Source of the DNA: Firmicutes bacterium CAG:582
GTDB taxonomy: Bacteria > Bacillota_I > Bacilli_A > RF39 > UBA660
Reading direction: 5' to 3'
Assembly (NCBI GenBank): GCA_000435515.1
Contig: FR884179.1
Span: forward strand, 2,780-66,779
DNA length: 64,000 bases
In this document: piece after piece, positions 63,477 through 64,000 of the stretch
Layout: the number at the start of each line of letters is the position of its first letter
Position numbering within the stretch: position 1 is the first letter of the stretch
Made by a program: the position numbers and the translations under genes
Notes under the pieces: generated by a model
What the model saw: the letters and a program-made list of their open reading frames with translations, nothing else
Told to the model about the DNA's origin: nothing
Database searches by the model: none

Positions 63477-64000
63477 TCACTTCTTTTTTATTAAATAAAT
63501 TAAAAATATAATCACACCAATTGGAACTCTAAAAATAAAAAATGCAACTATTCCCACACCAACAATATCAACTGTTGTATACTTTTTAACTTTTAAAGTA
63601 TATTCTTTAGTATTACTATATGCATCAGTTAATAACACTTTATATGCTACATCATATTGAAGATTATCATCTAAATTTAATACTTTATCATCATGATATA
63701 AAGTTAAAAATGCTTCTGTATTATCTAGCTGATAAACAATATCTTTTACTTTAGGATAAGAAAAGACATTAACTTCTATTAAACTACCATTTATATTTGC
63801 AGTATTACCATCAACAACAAATTTTTTGATAACATAATCCGATTCTTTTATTTTTCTCTGAATATTAAGAGTATAAAGTTTTTCACTTTCATCCTCAGCA
63901 ATTACTTTTATAACAAATTCACGATTCTCATCAACATTAAAATTATCTTTATCACCAATAATATCCACTTTTGATTTTGAATCATTTAAAACAACATCAA
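63477..64000 (-). CDS. C-terminal part of a larger surface protein (beta-sandwich repeats plus C-terminal TM anchor); 5' end lies beyond the window
   Basis: The reading frame stays open upstream of the track start (...DVVLNDSKSKVDIIGDKD...), so the gene is truncated by the window edge. Ends with the hydrophobic anchor IVAFFIFRVPIGVIIFLIYLIKKK. Confidence 0.5.
   Translation of the reverse strand, partial: DVVLNDSKSKVDIIGDKDNFNVDENREFVIKVIAEDESEKLYTLNIQRKIKESDYVIKKFVVDGNTANINGSLIEVNVFSYPKVKDIVYQLDNTEAFLTLYHDDKVLNLDDNLQYDVAYKVLLTDAYSNTKEYTLKVKKYTTVDIVGVGIVAFFIFRVPIGVIIFLIYLIKKK

Noticed and set aside
1-64000. Scan of the whole window for tRNA, rRNA, CRISPR arrays, IS elements, integrases or prophage genes
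   Set aside because: None were seen. There are no GC-rich cloverleaf-like stretches, no regularly spaced 25-40-bp repeats with unique spacers, and no transposase or recombinase-like translations. The only mobility hint is the repeat-flanked fic cassette.

Overview
64 kb of chromosome from a very AT-rich, endospore-forming Bacillota; I cannot place it more precisely from sequence alone. About 60 protein genes, nearly all on the minus strand. I saw no rRNA, tRNA, CRISPR array, transposase or integrase. Three themes: (1) Cell envelope: uppP, a DUF368 membrane protein, an LCP ligase, and a Wzx/Wzy-type polysaccharide cluster with a phosphoglycosyl transferase, four GT2 enzymes and a kinase-like protein. 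(2) Housekeeping: ssb, sufB, cysS, a short proS-like gene and tyrS (both behind T-box leaders), ffh, dnaE, rpmB, rnj, and the rlmN-prpC-prkC-rsgA-rpe operon. (3) Sporulation and germination: spo0A, spoIIAA-sigF-spoVAC/D/E, a gerA-type A-C-B operon, and two yjcZ-like micro-ORFs. The most interesting signals are absent from the ORF track. Two paralogous intergenic modules (6386-6694 and 38404-38715) each carry a promoter and an SD-led 27-30 codon hydrophobic ORF. Each also has a long-range 5'-3' RNA helix with compensatory changes between the copies, and a convergent ~85-nt antisense RNA with its own terminator. I read these as a candidate type I toxin-antitoxin family. Other notable points: Spo0A has Asn where the phospho-acceptor Asp should be, and phased 0A-box-like repeats lie upstream. 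The spoIIAA-sigF operon lacks spoIIAB. A ClpC-like protein has a degenerate second ATPase domain. A Tyr-rich uORF sits between the tyrS T-box terminator and the tyrS start. A fic gene is bracketed by duplicated tyrS-terminator sequence. A RelE-like toxin is paired with a fused XRE-M78 peptidase. An orphan terminator-containing leader RNA precedes a hypothetical gene. All calls come from reading the sequence and translations by eye; no searches were run.
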